From the IMG/VR virus record IMGVR_UViG_3300032332_002159, positions 1 through 29,791 of that record: DNA of 29,791 nucleotides; one strand, given 5' to 3'. A model generated the notes under the pieces. The model saw only the letters and a list, made by a program, of their open reading frames with translations, searched no databases and was not told the origin of the DNA. Every line of letters starts with the position of its first letter. Position 1 is the first letter of the stretch. Below are positions 18,381 to 27,660 of this stretch, piece by piece. This DNA comes from a virus. Its lineage: Duplodnaviria; Caudoviricetes. The position numbers were made by a program, and so were the translations under genes.

Positions 18381-18842
18381 ATGTACAACACTCTCGAACA
18401 ACCCTTACATATGTATCATCAGTATGACTTCGATCAATTACTAGATTTTGCATCAATGAACAACAGACTATTTTGTACCTTTACACCTTTAAGTGACTTA
18501 GAAGCACTTATTGATGAATTGTCTCACAAATATGTGATAATGTATGATAAAATGTTTGTTTTACATGTTAAAAGTAACAATGAATATGTTGTAACATACA
18601 ATGTAGATCAAGGAAATGTAAATGACATTCCTGACAATACAATTCTGGTACACAGAAAAAAAGAATCAAATACACTTTATACCATAAACGCTCTAAACGA
18701 GTTGATCAAAAGATTAAATGGTGGGGTAGTTGATACAAAATACCCAGTGAATTGGCAACACTATAAAAATTGTATTTTGTTGACCCAACACAATGAAATT
18801 AAACAATTGAATACAAAAATTTATCAAATTATTGAATTGTGA
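18381..18842 (+). CDS. Hypothetical phage protein
   Basis: 153-aa ORF tightly packed after polA. Start could be the downstream MNNRLFCTF. Confidence 0.65.
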   Translation: MYNTLEQPLHMYHQYDFDQLLDFASMNNRLFCTFTPLSDLEALIDELSHKYVIMYDKMFVLHVKSNNEYVVTYNVDQGNVNDIPDNTILVHRKKESNTLYTINALNELIKRLNGGVVDTKYPVNWQHYKNCILLTQHNEIKQLNTKIYQIIEL

Positions 18843-19738
18843 AAGAACATCTTCGTATGCAATTTTTAGCTGGTGTTATTGCTGAGAGTGAATATAAAGC
18901 TAAATTAAATGAAATTGATAATTCTAAATTAGTTATTTATTTATATGATCAAATAGGAAGTAGTTGGAAAGGTAGCACCTTGATAGATTCAGTACCATAC
19001 TCTATTCTATATGTAGAATATAAAGAATCATTTGCTGATGTACGTGAATATAATAAAGATGGTTCTTCTTCAGTTTTTTCTGAAAAAACTAAAGACTTTT
19101 TATCTTCTTATTTTAACAAACTTAATATAAAACACCAAATATACAACCCAGAAAAATTTGGAGGAACCGGGTGGGGGATTCGTTTATTAGATTTAGACCA
19201 AAACCCAAACATAGAATTAATATTTACAGATGAACCACCAAATTTTACTCCTAATAAAAAAGAAAAAGCTGATCTTAAAATACTAGATTTTTTTATAAAA
19301 AGAGACACCCCAGATTGGAATGATGATGGTGCAACATGGTGGGGTGGTACCGATGATGTTTATGATTTTGGTGGGGGAGATGGCCCTATAAGCCCCGAAG
19401 CTGTTGTAGTTGATGTTTATTTAACCCCTAACCAGAAAAAAAATCCTTCAAAGTTTATAGAAGCAGACTTAAGTAAACATATTAAATTACCCCCTAAAAA
19501 AATAATTAACATTTCCTCAGCAGTAGCCCAAATAAATTCCCCTAATAATTTATCTAAAACTATTAAACATGCTTTAAAACCTGGGGGGATTTTAGTCATA
19601 CACGATCACATAGGAGCAGTTCAAGATCTTTTAAAATATTTAAAAGATTTTAAACTTTTAGAAATTCACTATGATGAAGCAGAAGACCCTGAAAACATTA
19701 CTTCCTCAGATCAAGTCTTTGTAGTTTTAAAAAAATAA
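18839..19738 (+). CDS. Protein with C-terminal class I SAM-dependent methyltransferase-like domain
   Basis: VYDFGGGDG (motif I), VVVD, FIEADL and HALKPGGILVI motifs. GTG start overlaps the upstream TGA. Confidence 0.6.
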   Translation: MKEHLRMQFLAGVIAESEYKAKLNEIDNSKLVIYLYDQIGSSWKGSTLIDSVPYSILYVEYKESFADVREYNKDGSSSVFSEKTKDFLSSYFNKLNIKHQIYNPEKFGGTGWGIRLLDLDQNPNIELIFTDEPPNFTPNKKEKADLKILDFFIKRDTPDWNDDGATWWGGTDDVYDFGGGDGPISPEAVVVDVYLTPNQKKNPSKFIEADLSKHIKLPPKKIINISSAVAQINSPNNLSKTIKHALKPGGILVIHDHIGAVQDLLKYLKDFKLLEIHYDEAEDPENITSSDQVFVVLKK

Positions 19739-19767
19739 TTGGATTATTGAATAAAGGTTATTATATT
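19739..19767 (+). promoter_or_regulatory. Putative early/middle promoter TTGGAT-N17-TATATT
   Basis: Intergenic, upstream of the SSB gene; same spacing as the other copies. Confidence 0.6.
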
Positions 19768-19799
19768 ACAGTTGTAAACAAATTAAATTAAGTTATACT

Positions 19800-20621
19800 A
19801 TGAATCTAGATGCAATCAAGAAAAAACTTGAGTCGATGCAAAAGACCTCAAATGGAGGATCTTCCAACAATTCAAGCAACGTCAAGCGTTTTAAACCAAC
19901 GGTTGGCAAACAAACGGTAAGAGTTGTACCGTTCAAATACAACAAAGAATTCCCTTTTACAGAAATGCGCTTTTACTATGGAATTGGTTCCAAGAAGGTA
20001 ATTGCATCTCCTTTAAACTGGGGTGAAAAAGATCCTATTGCTGAATTTGCAAAGCAATTGCGTGGTACAAATGACAAAGAAAACTGGCGTTTGGCTAAAA
20101 AATTGGATCCGAAAACTCGTATTTATGCACCTGTAATCGTACGTGGAGAAGAGGCTGAAGGAGTTCAATTGTGGGAATTTGGTAAAGAAATTTACGAAGC
20201 ATTTTTGCAAATGGCCGCAGACGAAGAAGTAGGTGATTTCTCAGATATCATGTCAGGACGTGACATTAAATTGGTTACAGTTGGACCTGAATCTACAGGA
20301 ACAGCTTACAACAAAACAACTATTGCACCATCAATGAAGACAACATCATTGTCTGAAGATTCAAAGTTGATTGAAAAATGGTTGGATGAACAAGAAAATC
20401 CACTTGACTTGTACAAGCCACTTGCATTTGATGTAATTAAACAAGCACTTCAAGAATGGTTAAATCCTGAAGATGAAACAGAAGAAACAGCAGTAGTTGA
20501 AGAGGTTAAAGAAGAACCAAAATCAAACTATAGTTTGTCTGCTAAACCGGCTGCTAAAAAATCTAAAGCAGATAATTTTGATTCATTGTTTGATGACGAT
20601 GACGAAGACTCACCGTTTTAA
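19800..20621 (+). CDS. Single-stranded DNA-binding protein (T4 gp32-like)
   Basis: VRVVP, DPIAEF, VIVRGEE..GVQLWEFGKEIY, GRDIKL motifs; acidic tail FDDDDEDSPF; next to the recombinase. Confidence 0.8.
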   Translation: MNLDAIKKKLESMQKTSNGGSSNNSSNVKRFKPTVGKQTVRVVPFKYNKEFPFTEMRFYYGIGSKKVIASPLNWGEKDPIAEFAKQLRGTNDKENWRLAKKLDPKTRIYAPVIVRGEEAEGVQLWEFGKEIYEAFLQMAADEEVGDFSDIMSGRDIKLVTVGPESTGTAYNKTTIAPSMKTTSLSEDSKLIEKWLDEQENPLDLYKPLAFDVIKQALQEWLNPEDETEETAVVEEVKEEPKSNYSLSAKPAAKKSKADNFDSLFDDDDEDSPF

Positions 20622-20638
20622 TTAATTCAAAATAAGTT

Positions 20639-21727
20639 ATGGCTAAAACATCAAGAAAATCTCTAACTGAGGCGGCGGATAAAGAAATGAAATCCGCCTT
20701 CAGTTTAGATAAATTTAAAGCAAATAAGGGTTTAGCGTCCAACGTTAAATTTAAAGAGCAAAAATGGATTCCATTTTCACCCGCTCTTCAAGAAGCTCTA
20801 TCAATCCCTGGAATTCCTATGGGCCATAACTCAATGGTTCGAGGAAAGTCAAACACTGGGAAATCTACAATGACCATTGAGGTAGCAGTTAATGCTCAAA
20901 AAATGGGAATTTTACCTGTATTGATTGTTACAGAGATGAAACATGATTGGAATCACTGGAAAACAATGGGATTTGAAATGGATGATGTTGTTGATACTGA
21001 AACAGGTGAAATTATTGATCAAACTGGGTTCTTTATCTATCGAGATAGAAGTACTTTAAATTCAATTGAAGATATTGCAGCTTTTATTATCGATTTGTTA
21101 ACAGAACAAAAGAAAGGTAATCTCCCATATGACTTATTGTTCATTTGGGATTCAGTTGGTTCAATTCCTTGCGATATGTCCATTAACCAAGGTAAAAACA
21201 ACCCAATGTGGAACGCAGGAGCCATTGCAACTCAATTCGGTAACTTTATCAATCAACAGATTGTAATGTCCCGTAAGGAAAGCTCAAAATACACGAATAC
21301 CTTGTTTATTGTGAACAAAGTAGGTGTAGCTCCTGCCTTAACTCCTATGTCACAACCTAGAATGACAAACAAAGGAGGAGATACGTTTTATTATGATGTA
21401 TCTTTATGTTTAACATTTGGAAATGTTACAAATGCTGGAACATCTAAAATCAATGCTGTTAGAGATAAGAAAAAAGTAGAATTTGCATTGCGTACTAAAA
21501 TTGCTTGTGATAAAAACCACATTAATGGAATTACAACAATGGGAACCATTATTTCAACAGTACATGGCTTCATTGCTGATAAACCATCAGCTATAGACAA
21601 GTATAAAAAAACGTATGCTAATGAATGGGCTGGAATTTTAGGACAAGGCAACTTTACAGTACAAGAAGACAACAGTGAATGGGATGAAAAAGCCCCAACA
21701 CCAGATTTATTTGATAACGAAGATTAA
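20639..21727 (+). CDS. uvsX: RecA/UvsX-like recombinase
   Basis: GIPMG, Walker A GKSNTGKST, Walker B LFIWDSVGS, VNKV, KGG and KNHI motifs. Confidence 0.85.
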   Translation: MAKTSRKSLTEAADKEMKSAFSLDKFKANKGLASNVKFKEQKWIPFSPALQEALSIPGIPMGHNSMVRGKSNTGKSTMTIEVAVNAQKMGILPVLIVTEMKHDWNHWKTMGFEMDDVVDTETGEIIDQTGFFIYRDRSTLNSIEDIAAFIIDLLTEQKKGNLPYDLLFIWDSVGSIPCDMSINQGKNNPMWNAGAIATQFGNFINQQIVMSRKESSKYTNTLFIVNKVGVAPALTPMSQPRMTNKGGDTFYYDVSLCLTFGNVTNAGTSKINAVRDKKKVEFALRTKIACDKNHINGITTMGTIISTVHGFIADKPSAIDKYKKTYANEWAGILGQGNFTVQEDNSEWDEKAPTPDLFDNED

Positions 21728-21728
21728 T

Positions 21729-22760
21729 ATGAAAAAAGACCTCTTAAACCTCCTCAACAATATACAAGAAGATGGAGAAGAATTGCCAACACACGAACGC
21801 TACCTTTTAATAGATGGACTTAACTTGTTTTTTAGAAATTTTAGTGCTATAAACGCTGTAAATTCAAACGGAGTTCATATTGGAGGTTTAGGAGGGTTTT
21901 TTCGCTCTTTAGGTGCTTTAATTCGTACCATTAACCCAACTCAAGTTTATATGGTATTTGATGGGCCTGGTTCTTCTAATAATAGAAAAAACATTATCCC
22001 CGAATATAAATCAAATAGAAATGTATCTCGAATTACAAAACATGAATTATTTGATAATTTAGAAGAAGAAGACGATTCAAAAGTAGATCAAATTGTTCGA
22101 ATTATTCAATATTTAAAAACATTACCTGTTAAAACAGTATCTTTACCTCGTGTAGAGGCAGATGATATTATTGCTTACTTGAGTTCAACCTTACCTACCC
22201 ACCCTAAAGACAGAGTATTCATAGTATCCAGTGATAAAGATTATCTTCAACTAGTTACTGAGCAAGTAATTGTTTACAGACCAATTGAGAAAGAATATTA
22301 TACTGAAGATACTGTTAAGGAAAAATTCGGAGTTAGCCCTCATAATTTTCTTTTATATAAGTTACTTATGGGAGACAATTCTGATGGAGTTACAGGTATT
22401 AAAGGTTTGGGTCCTAAAGGTTTGTTTAAACGTTTCCCTGAATTGACAACACAAGATTTATCTTTTGATGATTTACTTGATATTGCTGAAGCTAAAATGA
22501 AAGAACATGTTGTGTATGCTAGAGTACTACATGATATCCCATTGTTAGAGGATAAGCATAGAGTAATGGATTTATCTAATCCAATGATGGATGATAAAGA
22601 TAAAATGTTTATCGATAAATTTGTAGAAAATACTCATTTAACCTACCTCCCTTCTGAATTTATCGAAATGTACCATGAAGACCAGTTAGGAAATTTAATT
22701 CGAAATGTAGATGTTTGGATTAAAGATATTTTTAAAGATTTGTTGGAAAAACAACAATAA
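21729..22760 (+). CDS. 5'-3' exonuclease / flap endonuclease (PolI N-terminal, T4 RNase H-like)
   Basis: LLIDGLNLFFR, VFDG, YKSNR, EADDIIA, SSDKDYLQL and LMGDNSDGVTGIKGLGPK (H3TH). Start placed at ATG 21729. Confidence 0.92.
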   Translation: MKKDLLNLLNNIQEDGEELPTHERYLLIDGLNLFFRNFSAINAVNSNGVHIGGLGGFFRSLGALIRTINPTQVYMVFDGPGSSNNRKNIIPEYKSNRNVSRITKHELFDNLEEEDDSKVDQIVRIIQYLKTLPVKTVSLPRVEADDIIAYLSSTLPTHPKDRVFIVSSDKDYLQLVTEQVIVYRPIEKEYYTEDTVKEKFGVSPHNFLLYKLLMGDNSDGVTGIKGLGPKGLFKRFPELTTQDLSFDDLLDIAEAKMKEHVVYARVLHDIPLLEDKHRVMDLSNPMMDDKDKMFIDKFVENTHLTYLPSEFIEMYHEDQLGNLIRNVDVWIKDIFKDLLEKQQ

Positions 22761-22773
22761 GTTATTACATTTA
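22743..22773 (+). promoter_or_regulatory. Putative early/middle promoter TTGGAA-N17-TACATTTA
   Basis: Overlaps the end of the exonuclease gene, upstream of the helicase operon. Confidence 0.6.
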
Positions 22774-23033
22774 AATAAAAGTTATAAAATGAAAGCAAGT
22801 TACAATAATGAAAATCTCCACCATGAATTAGTATTAAAAATTAAAGAATTTATTGATACTATGGAAGAATTTGAAACAACACCTTTTTTTTATCAAACTG
22901 AAAAAGAAAACCAAAAGAGTTTTGGTGTTTTAAGCGATAATGGTAGTTTCAACACAATGAAACGCTTTAGTATTCTTATTGAAGACTTTAAACCAGAATA
23001 AAATAACATTTCTATTAAATAAAAGTTATAAAA
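22771..23033 (+). repeat. 19-bp direct repeat TTAAATAAAAGTTATAAAA flanking a small ORF
   Basis: Identical copies at 22771-22789 and 23015-23033. Confidence 0.8.
22789..23001 (+). CDS. Small hypothetical protein (70 aa)
   Basis: ATG 22789 follows the promoter and AAGTTAT leader; the longer 22711 start would overlap the exonuclease gene. Confidence 0.6.
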   Translation: MKASYNNENLHHELVLKIKEFIDTMEEFETTPFFYQTEKENQKSFGVLSDNGSFNTMKRFSILIEDFKPE

Positions 23034-23034
23034 A

Positions 23035-24396
23035 ATGACGTTACAATCAATTGATGAGTACGGTCCATCGTTTCAAATGAAGGTTATATCTTCATTATTA
23101 ACACATAAAGAGTTTTTGCAAAACATAAATGATGTGTTAAGTGATGAATACTTTTCCAACCCGGCACATAAATGGGTAATTAATCAAATCATCCAATACT
23201 ACGAAAAGTACCACACAACCATTTCAATGGACATTTTAAAGGTTGAAATGAAAAAATTAGACAATGAAGTACTTAAAGTATCTGTTAAAGAGCAATTACG
23301 TGAAGCATATAAAGCAGATATTGAAGATCTAGAGTATGTTCAACTTGAATTCTCTACATTTTGTAAAAATCAACAATTAAAGAAAGCATTACTTTCATCT
23401 GTAGACTTGCTAAAAGCAGGCGATTACGATTCAATTAAATACATGATTGAATCAGCAATGAAAGCAGGTCAAGACAAAAATATTGGACACGAATATAAAA
23501 AAGATACTGAATCACGTTACCGTGAAGACCATAGAACAATTGTACCCACTCCATGGGAACCAGTTAATGAATTGATTCAAGGTGGTTTAGGCAATGGAGA
23601 TTTAGGTTTAATTTTTGGTAATCCTGGTGGTGGTAAGTCATGGTGTTTGGTTGCTTTAGGTGGCCATGCTGTTAAAATGGGTTACAACGTTATCCACTAT
23701 ACTTTAGAATTAAGTGAATCCTATACTGGAAGACGATATGACGCATTCTTTACAGGAACCCCGGTAGATCAATTAGAAAAACATAAAGCAGAAGTAGAAA
23801 CATTAACCGCAGATTTACCCGGAGAATTAATTATCCGTGAATATCCTATGGGAAAAACAACGATTTCTACTATAGAATCACATATTAAAAAGGTAATTGA
23901 TTTAGGGATTAAACCCGATCTTATATTAATTGATTATATTGATTTACTTTCAACAAGAAAAAGGAATGTTGACCGTAAGGGAGAAATTGATGATATTTAT
24001 ACAAGCACTAAAGGCCTAGCTCGAGAATTAAACTTACCAATTTGGTCAGTTTCTCAAGTAAACCGTGCAGGTGCAAAAGATGATGTTATTGAAGGAGATA
24101 AGGCAGCTGGATCATATGATAAAATGATGATTACTGACTTATCAATTTCATTATCAAGAAAAAAAGAGGATAAAGTTAACGGAACTGGACGACTTCATAT
24201 TATGAAAAATAGATATGGTATAGATGGTTTAACATTCCAAGTGGACGTTAATACCTCAAATGGTCACATTGCTATTGGAGAACATTACGACGAGGAAGCA
24301 GATACCGTTACAACTAAAAAACCGTCATCAAATAGTAACTTTGATGATCTAGACCGACAAATGTTGTCAAATAAATTTTTTGAATTAAACGCATGA
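23035..24396 (+). CDS. dnaB: Replicative DNA helicase (DnaB / T4 gp41-like, SF4)
   Basis: Walker A GNPGGGKS, YTLELSE, LILIDYIDLL, SQVNR and KNRYG motifs. Confidence 0.92.
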   Translation: MTLQSIDEYGPSFQMKVISSLLTHKEFLQNINDVLSDEYFSNPAHKWVINQIIQYYEKYHTTISMDILKVEMKKLDNEVLKVSVKEQLREAYKADIEDLEYVQLEFSTFCKNQQLKKALLSSVDLLKAGDYDSIKYMIESAMKAGQDKNIGHEYKKDTESRYREDHRTIVPTPWEPVNELIQGGLGNGDLGLIFGNPGGGKSWCLVALGGHAVKMGYNVIHYTLELSESYTGRRYDAFFTGTPVDQLEKHKAEVETLTADLPGELIIREYPMGKTTISTIESHIKKVIDLGIKPDLILIDYIDLLSTRKRNVDRKGEIDDIYTSTKGLARELNLPIWSVSQVNRAGAKDDVIEGDKAAGSYDKMMITDLSISLSRKKEDKVNGTGRLHIMKNRYGIDGLTFQVDVNTSNGHIAIGEHYDEEADTVTTKKPSSNSNFDDLDRQMLSNKFFELNA

Positions 24397-25343
24397 TCAC
24401 AGAACTAAGACCCCATTACAAACCATTCGAATACCAGACTGCGTTTGATTTTTACAAAGACCAACATAGAGCCCATTGGCTAGCGGATGAAGTACCTCTT
24501 TCTTCAGACTTAAATGATTGGAAAATGAAACTAACTGAAAGTGAAAAGAGCTTGATTGGTAACATTTTAAAGTCATTTGCTCAAACAGAAACGTATGTAA
24601 ACGACTATTGGTCAACAAAGGTAGCGGTATGGTTTCCAAAACATGAAATCAAAGCTATGGCGGGTGCATTTGCTGATTTTGAATCAATTCATGCTGAAGC
24701 TTATGCTCGATTAAATGAAGAACTTGGATTAGATGACTTTGAAGCATTTATGGAAGACGAGGAAGCAAAAGCTAAAATCGATCGTTTAGTTGAATTGCCT
24801 GGAGACACATTAAGTGAAAAAGCACTTTCATTAGCTATTTTTTCTGCGTTTACTGAAGGTGTAAATTTATTTTCTTCATTTGCAGTATTGATGTCTTTTC
24901 AATTACGTAACTTAATGAAAGGAACAGGACAAATTGTAGAATGGAGTGTACGTGATGAATCATTACATTCAAAAGCAGGTTGCTGGCTATTTAGAACTTT
25001 ACTAGAGGAAGATCCAAAATTAGACACTAAAGAATTAACTCAATCAATCTTTGAAGCTTGTGATTTATCTGTAAAATTAGAATTTGATTTTATTGATAAA
25101 GCATTTGAAATGGGAGATGTTGAAGGATTAAATAAAGATCAACTTAAAAACTTCATTAAAGAACGAGCTAATCAAAAATTAGTTGAATTAGGTTATAATC
25201 CTTTGTATAATGATATCGATCCAAATTTATTAAAACAAATGGAATGGTTTGGACATTTAACAAGTGGTAAAACACATCAAGATTTCTTTGCAGGACGAGT
25301 AACAGATTACGCAAAATCAACCGCTGACTGGAGCGATTTATAA
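24393..25343 (+). CDS. nrdB: Class I ribonucleotide reductase small subunit
   Basis: YKPFEY, HWLADEV, ESIHAEAY, EGVNLFSSF, RDESLH and DFFAGRVTDY motifs. Confidence 0.95.
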   Translation: MITELRPHYKPFEYQTAFDFYKDQHRAHWLADEVPLSSDLNDWKMKLTESEKSLIGNILKSFAQTETYVNDYWSTKVAVWFPKHEIKAMAGAFADFESIHAEAYARLNEELGLDDFEAFMEDEEAKAKIDRLVELPGDTLSEKALSLAIFSAFTEGVNLFSSFAVLMSFQLRNLMKGTGQIVEWSVRDESLHSKAGCWLFRTLLEEDPKLDTKELTQSIFEACDLSVKLEFDFIDKAFEMGDVEGLNKDQLKNFIKERANQKLVELGYNPLYNDIDPNLLKQMEWFGHLTSGKTHQDFFAGRVTDYAKSTADWSDL

Positions 25344-25353
25344 AAATATAATC

Positions 25354-25809
25354 ATGGTAAAATTAACAAATTTATTAAAGGAAATAATTGATATATATTC
25401 TCCTGAAGAATTAGATTCTAAAGATATTGAGTATAATATTGAAAGGGAATCTCCTACTCGTTTTAGAGTTGAATTAAAATATAAAGATCAATATTATATT
25501 TTAACAATTCTTCCGTTATTTAATCCTAAAAGACCATCTATAAATTTTGGTAGTTCTGATGAAAAATATGATAATTTAAATTTAAATCAATTGTTAAATT
25601 CCCCGTATTCATCTAGAATCCTAGCAGCTATTTTTGGATTAATTAGATATTGGGTAGACAAATATGATATTCAACAATTCGAATATGGTGCTGAGGGTAA
25701 AGTAAGAAATAAACTTTATAATTATTACTTAACTAAACATTTTCCTGATTTTAAAAATACTCAAGAAGAAATTGGAGATACAACTTTACAAGTATGGAAG
25801 AAAATATAA
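25354..25809 (+). CDS. Hypothetical protein with MVKLTNLLKEI leader
   Basis: 151-aa ORF inserted between nrdB and nrdA. Confidence 0.65.
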   Translation: MVKLTNLLKEIIDIYSPEELDSKDIEYNIERESPTRFRVELKYKDQYYILTILPLFNPKRPSINFGSSDEKYDNLNLNQLLNSPYSSRILAAIFGLIRYWVDKYDIQQFEYGAEGKVRNKLYNYYLTKHFPDFKNTQEEIGDTTLQVWKKI

Positions 25810-25937
25810 TATATAAGATTGAAATTCTCCAACTTATTGAATCTAAATACAATATTGAAATAAAGGATGAAGAAGTTGAAAATATATTAACTTTAGAAAA
25901 TTTAATTGAATTGATAAAAACCAAACAAAATAAATGA
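25794..25937 (+). CDS. Truncated acyl-carrier-protein-like peptide (47 aa), not in the supplied ORF track
   Basis: MEENIIYKIEILQLIESKYNIEIKDEEVENILTLENLIELIKTKQNK matches ACP helices II-IV (E...lE..f.IeI.DEe.e.i.T). ATGA overlap with nrdA. No DSL serine. Confidence 0.6.
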   Translation: MEENIIYKIEILQLIESKYNIEIKDEEVENILTLENLIELIKTKQNK

Positions 25938-27658
25938 GCATACAAGTAGACACAACAGACTGGACTAAAGGAAAACATTATCCAACTTGGATGAATGAAA
26001 TTGGTCTATCAATGATCTCTAAAGGTTATTTACTACCCGATGAAGATGTATTTGACGCGTTTAAACGCGTTTCAAGAGCAGCAGCTAAACGCTTAAAACG
26101 TAAAGATTTACAACCATTCTTTTACGAAGCAATGGTAAAAAATTGGCTATGCTTAGCATCTCCTGTACTTTCAAATTTAGGTACTGAGCGTGGAATGCCT
26201 ATCTCATGTTTTGGGATTGACACAGATGATTCAATTGAAGGAATTGCAGGAGCAAATTCAGAACTAATGCGCTTATCATCTCAAGGTGGTGGAGTTGGAA
26301 TTGGTGTATCTCGAATTAGAGGTAGAGGTAAAGAAATTTCTGGAAACGGAGTATCTGAAGGAGTAGTTCCTTGGATTAAAATTTACGATTCAACTATTTT
26401 GGCTACAAACCAAGGCTCAGTTAGACGAGGAGCATCTTCAGTTAACCTACACATTAACCACCCAGACATCGAAGAATTTTTAATGATTCGTCGACCAAAA
26501 GGTGATGTTAACCGCCAATGTTTAAATATGCACCAATGTGTAGTAATTGATGACGCGTTTATGAATCGTGTTGAAGAAAAAGATCCAAAAGCATTAAAAT
26601 TATGGGGTGAAATTTTAAAAACACGTTTGGAAACCGGTGAACCATATTTGATGTTTGAAGACAATATTAACAATGCAAATCCTGAAGCGTACAAGAAAAA
26701 TAACTTGAATGTTTCAATGACAAACATTTGTTCTGAAATTGCACTTTACACAGATCCATTACACTCATTTATTTGCTGTTTATCTTCATTGAACTTGGCA
26801 CGTTGGGATGAATGGAAAGATTACAAGTTTGAAAATGGTATGACTTTACCGGAATTAACTTGTTGGTTTTTGGAAGGTGTACTACAAGAATTTATTGACC
26901 GTTCTAAAAACATTAAATTCATGGAAAATACCCACCGCTCAGCTACTAAAGGTAGAGCAATTGGTATTGGTGTTTTAGGTTGGCATACGTTTTTACAAGA
27001 AAAAGGCATCCCATTTGCAGGTTTACAAGCAAACACACACACACGTTTGATGTTTGATTTCATTGAAAAAGAAGCATTAAAAGCATCTCGTGACCAAGCA
27101 ATTGAATATGGAGAACCTGAATGGTGTAAAGGAACAGGCATGCGCCACACACACCATTTGGCAGTTGCTCCAACAGTATCAAACGCCCACATTTCAGGTG
27201 GTGTATCTCCTTCAATTGAGCCTATTCCTGCAAATGTTTACAATTTAAAAACAGCTAAAGGTACATTTATCAAGCGTAACCCAACATTAGAGCGTTTACT
27301 TAAATCTAAAGGATATAATATTGACAGTGTTTGGGAACAAATTGCTAACGATAAAGGATCCGTAATGGGATTGCCTGACTATATTTTAAGTGATGAAGAA
27401 AAAGAGGTTTTCTTAACCTTTAAAGAAATTAACCCATACGAAATTGTTCGCCAAAACGGAATCAGACAAAAGTATGTTGACCAAGCAATTTCATTGAATT
27501 TAACATTTGATCCTTCAGATTCACCAAAATATATTAGTGATGTGCATAAATTGGCTTGGAGAGAAGGTATTAAAACACTTTACTACATGCGAAGTGAATC
27601 AATTTTGCGCGGAGATAACCTACAAAGAACTGCGGATTGTATAGCTTGTGAAGGATAA
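25934..27658 (+). CDS. nrdA: Class I ribonucleotide reductase large subunit (no ATP cone)
   Basis: ASPVLSN, PISCF, GGGVG, QGSVRRG, TNICSEI (radical Cys), CCLSSLNL, APTVSN, DQAISLNL, KTLYY and C-terminal CIACEG. Confidence 0.95.
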   Translation: MSIQVDTTDWTKGKHYPTWMNEIGLSMISKGYLLPDEDVFDAFKRVSRAAAKRLKRKDLQPFFYEAMVKNWLCLASPVLSNLGTERGMPISCFGIDTDDSIEGIAGANSELMRLSSQGGGVGIGVSRIRGRGKEISGNGVSEGVVPWIKIYDSTILATNQGSVRRGASSVNLHINHPDIEEFLMIRRPKGDVNRQCLNMHQCVVIDDAFMNRVEEKDPKALKLWGEILKTRLETGEPYLMFEDNINNANPEAYKKNNLNVSMTNICSEIALYTDPLHSFICCLSSLNLARWDEWKDYKFENGMTLPELTCWFLEGVLQEFIDRSKNIKFMENTHRSATKGRAIGIGVLGWHTFLQEKGIPFAGLQANTHTRLMFDFIEKEALKASRDQAIEYGEPEWCKGTGMRHTHHLAVAPTVSNAHISGGVSPSIEPIPANVYNLKTAKGTFIKRNPTLERLLKSKGYNIDSVWEQIANDKGSVMGLPDYILSDEEKEVFLTFKEINPYEIVRQNGIRQKYVDQAISLNLTFDPSDSPKYISDVHKLAWREGIKTLYYMRSESILRGDNLQRTADCIACEG

Positions 27659-27660
27659 AC

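Noticed and set aside
18409-18417. ATATGTATC near the 5' end of the 18381 gene as an internal late promoter
   Set aside because: Two mismatches to the core; cannot be supported without homolog comparison.
23993-24001. ATATTTATA inside the helicase gene
   Set aside because: Encodes DIY, lacks the downstream ATAAAA and is about 390 nt from the next start; probably chance.
24393-27658. Intron, intein or homing endonuclease in or between nrdB and nrdA
   Set aside because: Both genes are uninterrupted and of normal length; the intervening ORFs lack HNH, GIY-YIG or LAGLIDADG motifs.
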